DNA of 64,000 nucleotides from Thermoplasmata archaeon. GTDB lineage: Archaea > Thermoplasmatota > Thermoplasmata > RBG-16-68-12. The stretch spans positions 1,667-65,666 of the forward strand of contig DASPZJ010000021.1 in NCBI GenBank assembly GCA_035636315.1, in the 5' to 3' direction. The notes under the pieces were generated by a model. That model did no database searches. It was given only the letters and a program-made list of their open reading frames with translations, and was not told where the DNA came from. Each line of letters opens with the position of its first letter. Position 1 is the first letter of the stretch. Below, piece after piece: positions 44,344 to 53,337 of the stretch. Both the position numbers and the translations under genes were made by a program.

Positions 44344-44658
44344 TTATAAGGGTTCTTTTCCGACTCCGCCGGCATGGACCAAGTACTTGCGGGTCGCGGC
44401 GCGAATCGTGCCGGACGTGCCCACCGTCGTCACGCGGACCCGCTCCCCCGCCATCGTGCCGATGCCAACCAAGGCGCGAATCGCCGCGTCCTTCGTCAGG
44501 TGCGTCGTCCGCACGAGGCCGAGCGGGTGCCGGAACTCGACGAGCCAGAGACGTTCGGGCGCGCTGCGAATCGCCTCGAAGACCTCCTCTCTTCGAAACG
44601 CGCGCGGACCCTCGACGCGGAACGCAATGTAGCGGTACCGCGGACGTCGGGTGCTCAC
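44344..44658 (-). CDS. rnp2: RNase P protein subunit Pop5 (Rnp2), tentative
   Basis: GTG start gives (M)STRRPRYRYIAFRVEGPRAF... (RYRYIAF is the Pop5 hallmark), ~104 aa. Position upstream of psmA is the conserved superoperon location. The 64-aa R-rich ORF extension is rejected. Confidence 0.55.
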   Translation of the reverse strand: MSTRRPRYRYIAFRVEGPRAFRREEVFEAIRSAPERLWLVEFRHPLGLVRTTHLTKDAAIRALVGIGTMAGERVRVTTVGTSGTIRAATRKYLVHAGGVGKEPL

Positions 44659-44711
44659 GCTCGCGCGATGGGAGATAAATGGAAAAAGGTTCGGGTAAAA
44701 AGAGGAGGAGG

Positions 44712-45851
44712 TCAGCGTACCTCGTCCACTTCGGCGGAGGTCCGCACGGGTCCCGTGTAGACCTCCTTGCCGAGGAGGGACTTCGACTTGACGCCGGTGA
44801 TCACGAGGAGCACGCGGACCGTGTGGTCCAAATCGTCCTCGACGGAGCAACCCCAGATGATCCGCGCCTGCGGGTTGATCTTCTGCCCGACGACCTCCGC
44901 CGCCTTCTCGGCCTCGGAGACGGTCAGATCCGGCCCGCCAACGACGCGCACGAGCGCGCCACGAGCGTGGGTCAGGTCGACCTCGCCGAGAAGGGGAGAC
45001 TCCAGCGCCTCGTTGATCGCGTATTCGATTCGATCGCGCTCTTCCTCGCTCTCGCCGATGCCGATCATCGCGACGCCGCCGCCCTTCATGATCGTCATCA
45101 GGTCCGCGTAGTCGAGGTTCACGAGGCCGGGCTTCGTGATGATCTCCGTCATGCCCTTGATCGACTGCATGAGGATCTCGTCCGCCACCTTGAACGCCGC
45201 GTTGATCGGCAGGCGAGGCACGAGCTCGAGGAGCTTGTCGTTGTAGATCACGATCGTCGTGTCGCAGAACTTTCGGAGCTTGTCCAGCCCCGCCTCCGCG
45301 TTCTCCATCCGGATGCGGCCTTCCGACTTGAAGGGCATCGTGACGACGCCCATCGTGAGCGCGCCTTCTTCCTTACCGACTCGCGCGACGTACTGCGCGG
45401 AGCCGGTGCCGGTCCCGCCGCCCATCCCGGCCGTGATGAACACGACGTGGGCGCCGCGGATGAAGTCGCGGATATCCTCTTCGCTCTCGTGCGCGGCCTG
45501 CTCCCCTACCTCCGGGAGCGCTCCGGCGCCGAGGCCCTTCGTCAGGCGCTTGCCGATGAGGATCTTCTTCGGGGCCCGGACGGAGAGCAAGTGCTTCGCG
45601 TCCGTGTTGACGGCGCACAGCTGCGCGCCGCTGATGCCGGCCTCGCTGCACCGGTTGATCGTGTTCGAGCCGCCGCCGCCGCAACCGACGATCTTGATCG
45701 AGACGTTGATCGATTCGACAATCTTCTCAATCTCCTCGTCGTCGCCGGACTTGGATTTGTCCTGCGGCTTCGTGGCTTTCGCGGCTTCGCGCTCTTCCTT
45801 TTCCTCGGCTTCCTGGTGTCGGGCCAAGGCCTCGTTCAGAAGCGATTTCAT
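44712..45851 (-). CDS. ftsZ: Cell division GTPase FtsZ
   Basis: [12 protein letters not shown], the GGGTGTG tubulin signature, T7 loop region. Strong TATA-like ttttaaata element at 45903..45911 upstream. Confidence 0.95.
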   Translation of the reverse strand: MKSLLNEALARHQEAEEKEEREAAKATKPQDKSKSGDDEEIEKIVESINVSIKIVGCGGGGSNTINRCSEAGISGAQLCAVNTDAKHLLSVRAPKKILIGKRLTKGLGAGALPEVGEQAAHESEEDIRDFIRGAHVVFITAGMGGGTGTGSAQYVARVGKEEGALTMGVVTMPFKSEGRIRMENAEAGLDKLRKFCDTTIVIYNDKLLELVPRLPINAAFKVADEILMQSIKGMTEIITKPGLVNLDYADLMTIMKGGGVAMIGIGESEEERDRIEYAINEALESPLLGEVDLTHARGALVRVVGGPDLTVSEAEKAAEVVGQKINPQARIIWGCSVEDDLDHTVRVLLVITGVKSKSLLGKEVYTGPVRTSAEVDEVR

Positions 45852-45979
45852 CGTGCCATCCCATCCCGAATGGAGTCTGACGGCGGCGAATCCAAGTAGG
45901 GCTATTTAAAACTAGTCATACGTTCGTCAGACAAAACAGGCATTGACATCCGCCGCGGAGCCGCCGCGCGAGGTGCCGG

Positions 45980-46759
45980 CTAGATCGCCATCGCGGGCTT
46001 CGACACGGTGTTGACGACGATCCCGGAGTTCGTGATATCGAACGGGAAGACGGCCTCTTCGTGGGACGAACCTTTGTACTTCTCGACGGAGACGAACCGC
46101 TTGATGCCGGTCTCGTCCCGGAGCTTGTGCAAGCGGAACTCGCCCCGGGCCAGGAACGCCTCCGGAGGGACCTCGCCCTCCTCGGGAAGCTCGAGGGTCA
46201 GGAGCGAGGTGACCTTCGACTCCGAGAGGTACCGCATGAAGGACTGCGTCGTGAGGGCCGTCTCGAACTCCCGCATGCAGAAGTACTTGAGGGCGGTGAT
46301 CGAGTCAATCACGACGCGCTCGTACGTCTTCTTCACCAAGAGGTTCTTGAGGAGCTGCTGGAGCGAGTGGACGGTAACCTCCTTGCTCTCGAAATCCGGC
46401 GTCTTCCGGATGCGCTCGCCGATCGCACGCATCTTGATTGGCTCCTCTTCCGTGCTGATTTCGAGCAACGGCGTCGGCTCGAAGCGCCGGATGTCCGAGT
46501 TCGCGTCGAGCACATCGAGGTCGTCGAGGTTCCAACGGAACGCTCGCATGTTGATCTTCAGTTCGTTCGGCGGCTCCTCGAGGGCGACGAACAGGCATCG
46601 TTCTCCGCCTTCGAGGCCCTCGCGCAGGAACTGCACCGAGAGAATCGTCTTTCCGGACCCGGGAGCGCCGGACAAGATGTAGGGCCGGCCGGGGACGAGG
46701 CCCCCGTGGAGCATCTTATCGAGCCCCGCGACGCCCGTGCGGATCTTCGCGGCGGCGGT
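45980..46759 (-). CDS. KaiC-like/RecA-superfamily single-domain ATPase (second of a tandem pair)
   Basis: GVAGLDKMLHGGLVPGRPYILSGAPGSGKTILSVQFL, LFVALEEPPNEL. GTG start overlaps the upstream stop (GTGA). The 146-aa R-rich extension is rejected. Confidence 0.75.
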   Translation of the reverse strand, partial: TAAAKIRTGVAGLDKMLHGGLVPGRPYILSGAPGSGKTILSVQFLREGLEGGERCLFVALEEPPNELKINMRAFRWNLDDLDVLDANSDIRRFEPTPLLEISTEEEPIKMRAIGERIRKTPDFESKEVTVHSLQQLLKNLLVKKTYERVVIDSITALKYFCMREFETALTTQSFMRYLSESKVTSLLTLELPEEGEVPPEAFLARGEFRLHKLRDETGIKRFVSVEKYKGSSHEEAVFPFDITNSGIVVNTVSKPAMAI

Positions 46760-47844
46760 CACCGGATCCCCCCGGGTGGCCGCGGCGGCACCGTGGGGGT
46801 CGGCGGGGGCGGCGCGGAGCCGATACGCTCTTTCAGGGCGGAATCGCAGGACAGGACGAGCTTCATCGCCTTCTGGTAGTTGCGCCGCTGGAAGGCGAGC
46901 ATCGCACGCGAGAGGGCGACCTCGATATCCCGAATCGCGACCTGTCGGCGGTGCGCTTCCTCGATTCCTCGCATGACGGATTCGATGGCGTTCGAGACTT
47001 CCTCGATGATGCGCGTCTCGAGCAACGATTCGCCAGGTTTCGGACCGGACGACGGCTCGCGGGACTGAGGCGTCGGATCGAGGGAGACGACCATCCCCTT
47101 GTCGGTGATCGAGACCGGCCGCATCCGGTCGTCGAACGACGAGCCCCGGAACTTCTCGACCGAGACGGCGCGGCGAATGAAACTGCCGTCGAGCCACTTG
47201 TGCAGGCGGATCTCACCCCGCGAGAGGAAGAACTCGGTCTCCAGGACCGTCCGGTCGAGGTGCTCGGACACAATGAGGGTGGTCGCCTCGAGCTCCGAAA
47301 GAAACCGGAGGAACGACTGAATCAGGATGCGGCTGTCCTCGCCGTGCATCGAGAACATCTTGAGGGCGGTCATCGAGTCGATGACGATTCGCTTGTACCG
47401 CTGTTTCGTCCGCTCCAGGTGCTGGGAGAACTCCTGCTTGATCATTTTCTGGACGCTGTGGACCGTCACTTCGAGGGCGCGCACCTGGGACGACTGGCGG
47501 ATGTCGGTGACCTGTTCCATGTCGCGGACGTCGAGGGACGTGCCGACGTCGATCACGGAGCGGGTGCGCTTGTGTGCCCGGACGTCTGGGGTCGCGTCGA
47601 GGATCTTGAGGCGATCCATGCTCCAGCCGAACACGGCCATGTTCGACTTGACCTCGATCGGGGGCTCGTCGAGGGTGACGAGCAGGCACGGCTCCTGGGC
47701 ATGGAGACCCTCGAGAAGGAAATGGGCCGACAGGATCGTCTTGCCGCCGCCGGTCGGACCCGACACGACGTACGGCCGGGCGGGCAGCAGTCCCCCGCTC
47801 AGCATCGTGTCGAGGCCGGCTACGCCTGTCTTGACGCGATCCAT
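46759..47844 (-). CDS. KaiC-like/RecA-superfamily single-domain ATPase with ~100-aa C-terminal extension (first of the tandem pair)
   Basis: GVAGLDTMLSGGLLPARPYVVSGPTGGGKTILSAHFL, LLVTLDEPPIEV. C-terminal alpha-helical plus Pro-rich tail. Confidence 0.75.
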   Translation of the reverse strand: MDRVKTGVAGLDTMLSGGLLPARPYVVSGPTGGGKTILSAHFLLEGLHAQEPCLLVTLDEPPIEVKSNMAVFGWSMDRLKILDATPDVRAHKRTRSVIDVGTSLDVRDMEQVTDIRQSSQVRALEVTVHSVQKMIKQEFSQHLERTKQRYKRIVIDSMTALKMFSMHGEDSRILIQSFLRFLSELEATTLIVSEHLDRTVLETEFFLSRGEIRLHKWLDGSFIRRAVSVEKFRGSSFDDRMRPVSITDKGMVVSLDPTPQSREPSSGPKPGESLLETRIIEEVSNAIESVMRGIEEAHRRQVAIRDIEVALSRAMLAFQRRNYQKAMKLVLSCDSALKERIGSAPPPPTPTVPPRPPGGIR

Positions 47845-48237
47845 TGAAAGCCTGCCGAGAATCGACCCACCCGGCCCATTTAGGATAAACGTTCCGTCGT
47901 GAGAATCAGCGCGCGATGGAACGGCGGGTGTCGACCCGGAGCGGAGGCGGAGGAGGGGGACGGGCCGTCCTCCCCGGAGATGCTCCGGAAAAGGCCGCTC
48001 CGCGTGCCGCGCGTCCCCATAGCGGGGGATGGACGTCCCGGGCCGGAGGTCCGTCCTCGCGGCCCTTTTGAACCATCGATCTCCGGGTGTCTCACCGGGG
48101 ACCTGGGAGTCCCGGGGTATGAGCCCGACGGGATATCCTGGCTACCCCACCCCGCTTCGTGTTCGGATCGATATGCGGCCCGCGGAGGCGGTTGAGCGTC
48201 CGCATTGGGACGTGTCGGATAAACCTATCGCGCTCGA

Positions 48238-48567
48238 TCAGAAGAACTTCCGGAAACGCGCGAGGTCCTCGAGGCTTCCCTTCAATTTGATCTTTCCCGT
48301 CGCATACGCCTTGAATGGGCCAATCTCCCGCAGGATCAGCGCGCGGAGCGTGCCGGCGTCCGTGACGATCGTGATGTCCGCGTGGTCGACGCCGCCGTCG
48401 AGCAACGCGGCGACCTTCGCATCCTTCACGATGAAATGATACTTCGTCCCATCCTTGAGCTCAATCATCACGGTCTTCGAGAGATCGGAGAGCTCTGCGC
48501 GGAACGCGGGGTCCGATTCGACCTTCGCGTTGAACTTCTGGATCAGGTCCTCGAGCATCTCCCTCAT
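48238..48567 (-). CDS. SCP2 sterol-carrier-like domain protein
   Basis: MREMLEDLIQKFNAKVESDPAFRAELSDLSKTVMIELKDGTKYHFIVKDAKV...ATGKIKLKGSLEDLARFRKFF. The 24-aa upstream extension is rejected. Confidence 0.65.
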   Translation of the reverse strand: MREMLEDLIQKFNAKVESDPAFRAELSDLSKTVMIELKDGTKYHFIVKDAKVAALLDGGVDHADITIVTDAGTLRALILREIGPFKAYATGKIKLKGSLEDLARFRKFF

Positions 48568-49220
48568 GACTTGCCCCCGCCGAACTCGTCGAGTTTCCGG
48601 ATGCGCGATTCCGCAATCAGGCGGCGAGCCGTGTCCCACGAGGCCCGCGTGTGCGGCGGAAGAGAGCCATGGTCCCTAATCCATGTTTCCAGGAACGCGA
48701 TCGTCACGGCGTCGTGCGAGTAACCCGACCCGATCGGCACGCCGAACTCCTGTTCGATTGACCGCATCTCGCGATCGCGGCGGACCTTCGCGAGGATCGA
48801 TGCCGCGCTGACGACGGGGAAGAGCTCGTCCGCGTTGTGCTGCGAGACGATCTCGACGGCGAACGGCAGCTCGCGCTGCACCGCGCGCTTGAACTCGATC
48901 TCGTCGACGTCCGCCGCGTCGACGTACGCGGTCTCGGGCCGGAGCTTGTCGATGAGCTCCGCGAAGAGCTTCGCCTCGAAGTCGTTCAGGGACATCTCGG
49001 CCCGCATGACGTCGATCCGTTCCGCCGGGATGACGAGGACCTCGTGACGCGCCACCTTCTCGATCTCCGGGGCCAGGAGCTCCCGCCGTTCCGGGGTGAG
49101 TTTCTTCGAGTCGCGGACGTTCATCTGCCGCAGCGGCACGTCCGACTCGATCGCGACGCACGCGACGACGAGAGGCCCGAGGACCGGGCCGCGGCCCGCC
49201 TCATCGACACCCGCGATCAC
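48564..49220 (-). CDS. rnhB: Ribonuclease HII
   Basis: MIAGVDEAGRGPVLGPLVVACV, DSKKLTPERRE, the AYVDAADVD region, ASILAK. Confidence 0.9.
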   Translation of the reverse strand: MIAGVDEAGRGPVLGPLVVACVAIESDVPLRQMNVRDSKKLTPERRELLAPEIEKVARHEVLVIPAERIDVMRAEMSLNDFEAKLFAELIDKLRPETAYVDAADVDEIEFKRAVQRELPFAVEIVSQHNADELFPVVSAASILAKVRRDREMRSIEQEFGVPIGSGYSHDAVTIAFLETWIRDHGSLPPHTRASWDTARRLIAESRIRKLDEFGGGKS

Positions 49221-49223
49221 GGA

Positions 49224-50501
49224 TCAGGCCTCGAACAGCTCCCGAGCCGTCTCCTGAGCTCGGGTGACGACCTCCGATTCGTCAACGGTCCGGAGGACGC
49301 CATCCAACATGAGGACATGACCATCGACGATCGTCGCCCGCACATCGCTCCCCCGGCAACTGTAGACGAGGTGACTGATGACGTTAGCGGGATAAAAAGG
49401 CGTAGTGTGCGCTCCCTTGAGCGACACGACCGCGAGGTCTCCGCGTTTCCCCACTTCGATCGATCCGATCTCGGCGTCAGCACGAAGCGCTCGGGCTCCG
49501 TCGATCGTCGCGAGATCGAGGACCGTCTGTGCCGGCAGCAGCGCCGCATCCCACCGCGTCGCCTTGTGAAGCAGGCCGGTGATCTTCATCGTCTCGAACA
49601 TGTCCATCCCGTTGTTCGAGATCGGCGAGTCCGTGCCGAGTCCTGTCGGAACGCCCTCGCGAATCATCTCGGGGACAGGCGCGACTCCTCCCGAGGCGAG
49701 CTTCATGTTCGAGACCGGGCAGTGGGCGACGCTCACCCCGTGGTGGGCGAGCGTCCGCACCTCGTTGATCGTCACCCAGACGCAATGCGCGGCCGTTAGC
49801 CCTCCATCGAGGAAGCCGATCTTCTCGAGCCACTCGACGGGACGCAGGCCGGTCCTCGCCCGATGGCCTTCGACCTCGCCGCGCGTCTCCGACAGATGCG
49901 TGTGCATCCGGACCCGATGACGCGAAGCAACCTCCTTCGCCTTCGCGTACGTCTCCTCGGAGGCGGCGTAGACTCCCTGGACTCCGACGGACGGGGTGAC
50001 GAGTGGGTCGCCTGCGTGCTTCGCGACGAACTGTTCCGCGTTCTTCACGGGATCCCCGTGCTGCGTCGTCGCGGCCTCGTCGAGCGTCACCCACGACAGG
50101 AAGCCCCGCACGCCGGACTCCCGCACGGCCCGCGCGACCTCGTCCTCCCAGTAGAAGAGGTCGTGGAAGCTCGTCGTCCCGGAGCGGATCATCTCGACGC
50201 ATCCCAGGAGTGCGCCGACCTGCACATCTCGCCGCGTGAGTTTCGCGTCGATCGCCGAGGCCCTGGAGATCATCTCCTCGAGTGGGACGTCGTCCGCGAT
50301 GCCACGGAGAAGCGTGTTCGCGACGTGTTGATGAAGGTTGACGAAGCCGGGCAGGACCGCGCAACCCGAGCAATCGATCACCTCGTCCGCGGTTGCGGCG
50401 ACGGCGCCCACCGCCGCGATCCGATCGCGTTCCACGAGGACGTCGCCCGTCATGATCCGCCGCCGGGCGTCCTGGGTGACGATGAGTCCGCCGCGGAGCA
50501 T
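49224..50501 (-). CDS. mtaD: Amidohydrolase of the MtaD/DadD family (5'-methylthioadenosine/S-adenosylhomocysteine/5'-deoxyadenosine deaminase-like)
   Basis: LPGFVNLHQHV, HTHLSET, AHCVW, LGTDSPISNNGMDMFETM match metal-dependent deaminase motifs. ATG at 50501. The 60-aa R-rich extension is rejected. Confidence 0.75.
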   Translation of the reverse strand: MLRGGLIVTQDARRRIMTGDVLVERDRIAAVGAVAATADEVIDCSGCAVLPGFVNLHQHVANTLLRGIADDVPLEEMISRASAIDAKLTRRDVQVGALLGCVEMIRSGTTSFHDLFYWEDEVARAVRESGVRGFLSWVTLDEAATTQHGDPVKNAEQFVAKHAGDPLVTPSVGVQGVYAASEETYAKAKEVASRHRVRMHTHLSETRGEVEGHRARTGLRPVEWLEKIGFLDGGLTAAHCVWVTINEVRTLAHHGVSVAHCPVSNMKLASGGVAPVPEMIREGVPTGLGTDSPISNNGMDMFETMKITGLLHKATRWDAALLPAQTVLDLATIDGARALRADAEIGSIEVGKRGDLAVVSLKGAHTTPFYPANVISHLVYSCRGSDVRATIVDGHVLMLDGVLRTVDESEVVTRAQETARELFEA

Positions 50502-50572
50502 GAGTGACAAGGCAGCCGCGTCGATGCAACGTTGTGTAGAAAGGTTTTGCGGGCGCGCATCGATACGCCGGC

Positions 50573-51517
50573 GTGGACGAGTTCCCGGACGCTCTGGATC
50601 GATGCCTGCGCCAAATTCCTCGCGGTCGTGTTGCGACGTGCGGCGCCATCGCACGCGCCCTCGGTGACGTCCGCGCGGCACGAGCGGTCGCCTCCTGGTT
50701 GACCGAGCACCCGGCGATCCCGGCCGCCCACCGAGTCGTCCGGGCCGACGGACGACCCGTGCTGCCGGACGCGAGCCACGAGCTCGCGAGTGAACGTGTC
50801 CCGGTTCGGTCGGGCCACGTGCCGGCGAATCGATTCGTGACGATCCGGACGGCCGTGCCGCTCCTCGACCGGCTACGGCGGGAGCAACGGCACCTCGCGT
50901 CCCTGGTGACCGAGGAAGACGCGGGCGGCGCCGCGGAGCGAATCGCGGGCGTCGATGTGTCGTACGACACGGATCGCATGTATGCGGCGGCGGTCTGCGT
51001 CGACGCGATCACGCTCGCCGTGGTCGAAGTCGCAACGGCCACGAGCGCCGTTTCGTTCCCGTACATCCCCACGTACCTTGCGCGGCGCGAGTTTTCGGGA
51101 ATCGAGGCGGTGGTCCGTAGCTTTTCAAGGATGCCGGACGTCCTGATGGTGGACGGCCACGGACGCTTGCATCCCGCGCTGTTCGGTGTCGCGTGCGACG
51201 TCGGCGTGCGCCTCGACATCCCGACAATCGGAGTGGCGAAACATCTCCTCGCCGGAAGGGCGATGAAGCCGTCCGGAGGCGACAAGGCCGCGATTCCGAT
51301 CGCACTCGGCGGCGACATACGCGGCTATGCGTGGGTCCCTCCGGGCGCGGCCAGGCCCATTTTCATCTCCGTGGGTCATCGGATCTCCCTCGTGACGGCG
51401 CTGGACCTCGTGAGGAGGACCACACGATCCCGGTATCCGGAACCACTCGCGCTGGCCGATCGAGCATCCAAAGAAATGAAAAGGAATGAAAAACGGGAAA
51501 AGGGTGCGAAGCGGTGA
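50573..51517 (+). CDS. nfi: Fusion protein: N-terminal MGMT-like DNA-binding domain lacking the active-site Cys (alkyltransferase-like, ATL) + C-terminal endonuclease V (Nfi)
   Basis: N-terminal IPRGRVATCGAIARALG...HPAIPAAHRVVRADG resembles the Ogt C-terminal domain, but IPCHRV is replaced by IPAAHRVV. C-terminal GVDVSYDTDRMYAAAVCVD...FPYIPTYLARREF...MVDGHGRLHPALFGVACDVGVRLDIPTIGVAK matches EndoV. Confidence 0.75.
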   Translation: MDEFPDALDRCLRQIPRGRVATCGAIARALGDVRAARAVASWLTEHPAIPAAHRVVRADGRPVLPDASHELASERVPVRSGHVPANRFVTIRTAVPLLDRLRREQRHLASLVTEEDAGGAAERIAGVDVSYDTDRMYAAAVCVDAITLAVVEVATATSAVSFPYIPTYLARREFSGIEAVVRSFSRMPDVLMVDGHGRLHPALFGVACDVGVRLDIPTIGVAKHLLAGRAMKPSGGDKAAIPIALGGDIRGYAWVPPGAARPIFISVGHRISLVTALDLVRRTTRSRYPEPLALADRASKEMKRNEKREKGAKR

Positions 51518-51563
51518 GGCGCTACCATCGCGGGTCACCGCGAAGGTTGTGCGGGCAAGCGGC

Positions 51564-51620
51564 CTATCTCTTCTTTTTCTTGCCCTTCTTCTTCTTGGCC
51601 ACTCGTTTCCTCCCTGTCAT
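51564..51620 (-). CDS. Candidate leaderless 18-aa Lys/Arg-rich micropeptide (MTGRKRVAKKKKGKKKKR), speculative
   Basis: ATG preceded by ttttaaaa ~17-25 nt upstream (leaderless geometry) inside the AT-rich bidirectional promoter region 51621..51735. Composition is reminiscent of eL41-type ribosomal micropeptides. It could instead be a non-coding polypurine tract. Confidence 0.2.
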   Translation of the reverse strand: MTGRKRVAKKKKGKKKKR

Positions 51621-51735
51621 CTATATCGTCTAGGGGGTTTTAAAAGTAGCGAAGCCTGGATAAATGGGTTATTTTGCGAATTTTATAAAAAAGACGGGAT
51701 GCGAGAGGCGAATCGAAACCGTTTTTTCTGCGCGA

Positions 51736-52677
51736 ATGCATGCGAGAGCGGTGCGAATCGTCGTCTTCGGAGCGGGCGCCATGGGGAGTTTCTTCGGCGG
51801 TCTCCTGTCGCGACGTTATGACGTGACGCTCATCGGGAGAGCCGAGCACATGGCGGCGATTCGCGCGCGCGGCCTCCGGATCACCGGGAAGACGGCGATG
51901 ATCGCGAGGCCCCGCACGGCGACGCGCATTCCGCACGGAGTGAAGCCCGAGCTGATTCTCGTCACGACGAAGTCGTACGACATCGACAAGGCGATGATCG
52001 CGCTGCGTCCCTTCGCGGACGAGGCGTTGTTCGTGACGTTTCAGAACGGCCTCGGGAACGCCGAGGCGATCGCGAAGGTCGCGAAACGTGTCGTCGCGGG
52101 CACGACGACGCACGGAGTGACGTCTCTCGGGCCGGGCGAGATTCGCCACGCGGGCGTCGGCGAAACCGTCCTCGGTGCGTGGGTCGGCATCCGTGAAGCG
52201 GACCTCGTTCGCCTGCGAGACCTGCTCGCGGATGCGGGCGTCGTCGTGCGGATCACCGACGATGTCAAGACGGAGCTCTGGTCGAAGCTCGTCGTGAACG
52301 CGTCGATCAATCCACTGGCCGCCCTCGCGGGGGTCCCGAACGGACGGCTCGTCCGTGACAAGGGTCTCCTGGCGAGCCTCGAGGCCGTGTGCCGCGAGGC
52401 CGCGACCGTCGCGAAGGCAGAGGGTGCGGCGGTCGATCCGGACGAACTCTACCACCGCACCGTCCTTGTCGCACGGCGGACCGCCGCGAACCGCGGCAGC
52501 ATGCTCCAAGACCTCGACCGTCACCGACGTACGGAAATCGATTCGATCACCGGGGCCGTCGTCCGGGCCGCTGCACGACACGGAATCCCCGTGCCGCTCA
52601 ACCGGGCTCTGCTGGCGCTCGTCCGCGCGAGGGAATCGACGGGACGGGAGGCATCCGACGGGAACGTCACCGACTAA
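51736..52677 (+). CDS. panE: 2-dehydropantoate 2-reductase (PanE/ApbA family)
   Basis: Rossmann N-terminus VRIVVFGAGAMGSFFGGLL, KSYD, TFQNGLGN, and a C-terminal ApbA domain. Alternative upstream start at 51664. ttttataaaaaa TATA element at ~51683..51694. Confidence 0.75.
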   Translation: MHARAVRIVVFGAGAMGSFFGGLLSRRYDVTLIGRAEHMAAIRARGLRITGKTAMIARPRTATRIPHGVKPELILVTTKSYDIDKAMIALRPFADEALFVTFQNGLGNAEAIAKVAKRVVAGTTTHGVTSLGPGEIRHAGVGETVLGAWVGIREADLVRLRDLLADAGVVVRITDDVKTELWSKLVVNASINPLAALAGVPNGRLVRDKGLLASLEAVCREAATVAKAEGAAVDPDELYHRTVLVARRTAANRGSMLQDLDRHRRTEIDSITGAVVRAAARHGIPVPLNRALLALVRARESTGREASDGNVTD

Positions 52678-52757
52678 GCTTTATAACGGACTATTTAACT
52701 CCCCTCCCCGCCGGCCCCCGTCTGCGCCCCTCGATCAGAGCGGAGAGGGTTGGAGGC

Positions 52758-53312
52758 ATGACCTTGGCGAAAATCAAGATCGAGAACGTGGTCGCGTCGA
52801 CCTCCCTCGGGGAGCAACTCGACCTTCAGGCAATCGCCCTCGCCCTCGGCGGCGCCGAGTACGAGCCGGAGCAGTTCCCCGGACTCATCTACCGCCTGAA
52901 GGAGCCGAAGACGGCGACCCTCCTGTTCCGAAGCGGCAAGGTCGTCTGCACCGGCGCGAAGAGCCTCGAGCACGTCAAGACCGCGATCGACATGGTCGCG
53001 AAGCAGATCGAGGCCGCCGGCATCCCGATCAAGAAGAACCCGGAAATCGAGGTCCAGAACATCGTCGCCTCATCGGACCTCGGGACGGAGATCAACCTGA
53101 ACGCGATCGCGATCTCCCTCGGCCTGGAGAAGGTCGAATACGAGCCGGAGCAGTTCCCCGGACTCGTGTACCGGATCGACGAGCCGAAGGTCGTCGTGCT
53201 GCTGTTCGGCAGCGGCAAGCTCGTCTGCACGGGCGCCCGGAAACCGCAGGACGTCGAGCAGGCCGTCGAGAAGATCACCCAGGAGCTCAAGGCCGCCGGA
53301 CTCCTCCGCTGA
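52758..53312 (+). CDS. tbp: TATA-box binding protein
   Basis: Two direct repeats (IENVVASTSLGEQLDLQAIAL...EYEPEQFPGLIYRL...LLFRSGKVVCTGAKS and the second copy VQNIVASSDLGTEINLNAIAI...EYEPEQFPGLVYRI...LLFGSGKLVCTGARK). Confidence 0.95.
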   Translation: MTLAKIKIENVVASTSLGEQLDLQAIALALGGAEYEPEQFPGLIYRLKEPKTATLLFRSGKVVCTGAKSLEHVKTAIDMVAKQIEAAGIPIKKNPEIEVQNIVASSDLGTEINLNAIAISLGLEKVEYEPEQFPGLVYRIDEPKVVVLLFGSGKLVCTGARKPQDVEQAVEKITQELKAAGLLR

Positions 53313-53337
53313 GCTCGGGCCGTCCGCCGGAGGTCCG

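Noticed and set aside
47845-48237. 390-bp intergenic region downstream of the KaiC pair, searched for an ncRNA (C/D box, H/ACA, SRP, RNase P RNA)
   Set aside because: It contains imperfect GC hairpins only. No RUGAUGA/CUGA boxes and no RNase P P4-type GGAAAGUCCGGGC motif were seen, so the evidence is insufficient to call an RNA gene.
48029-48439. 136-aa plus-strand ORF
   Set aside because: It is antisense to, and overlapping, the SCP2-domain gene, with an S/P/R-rich composition.
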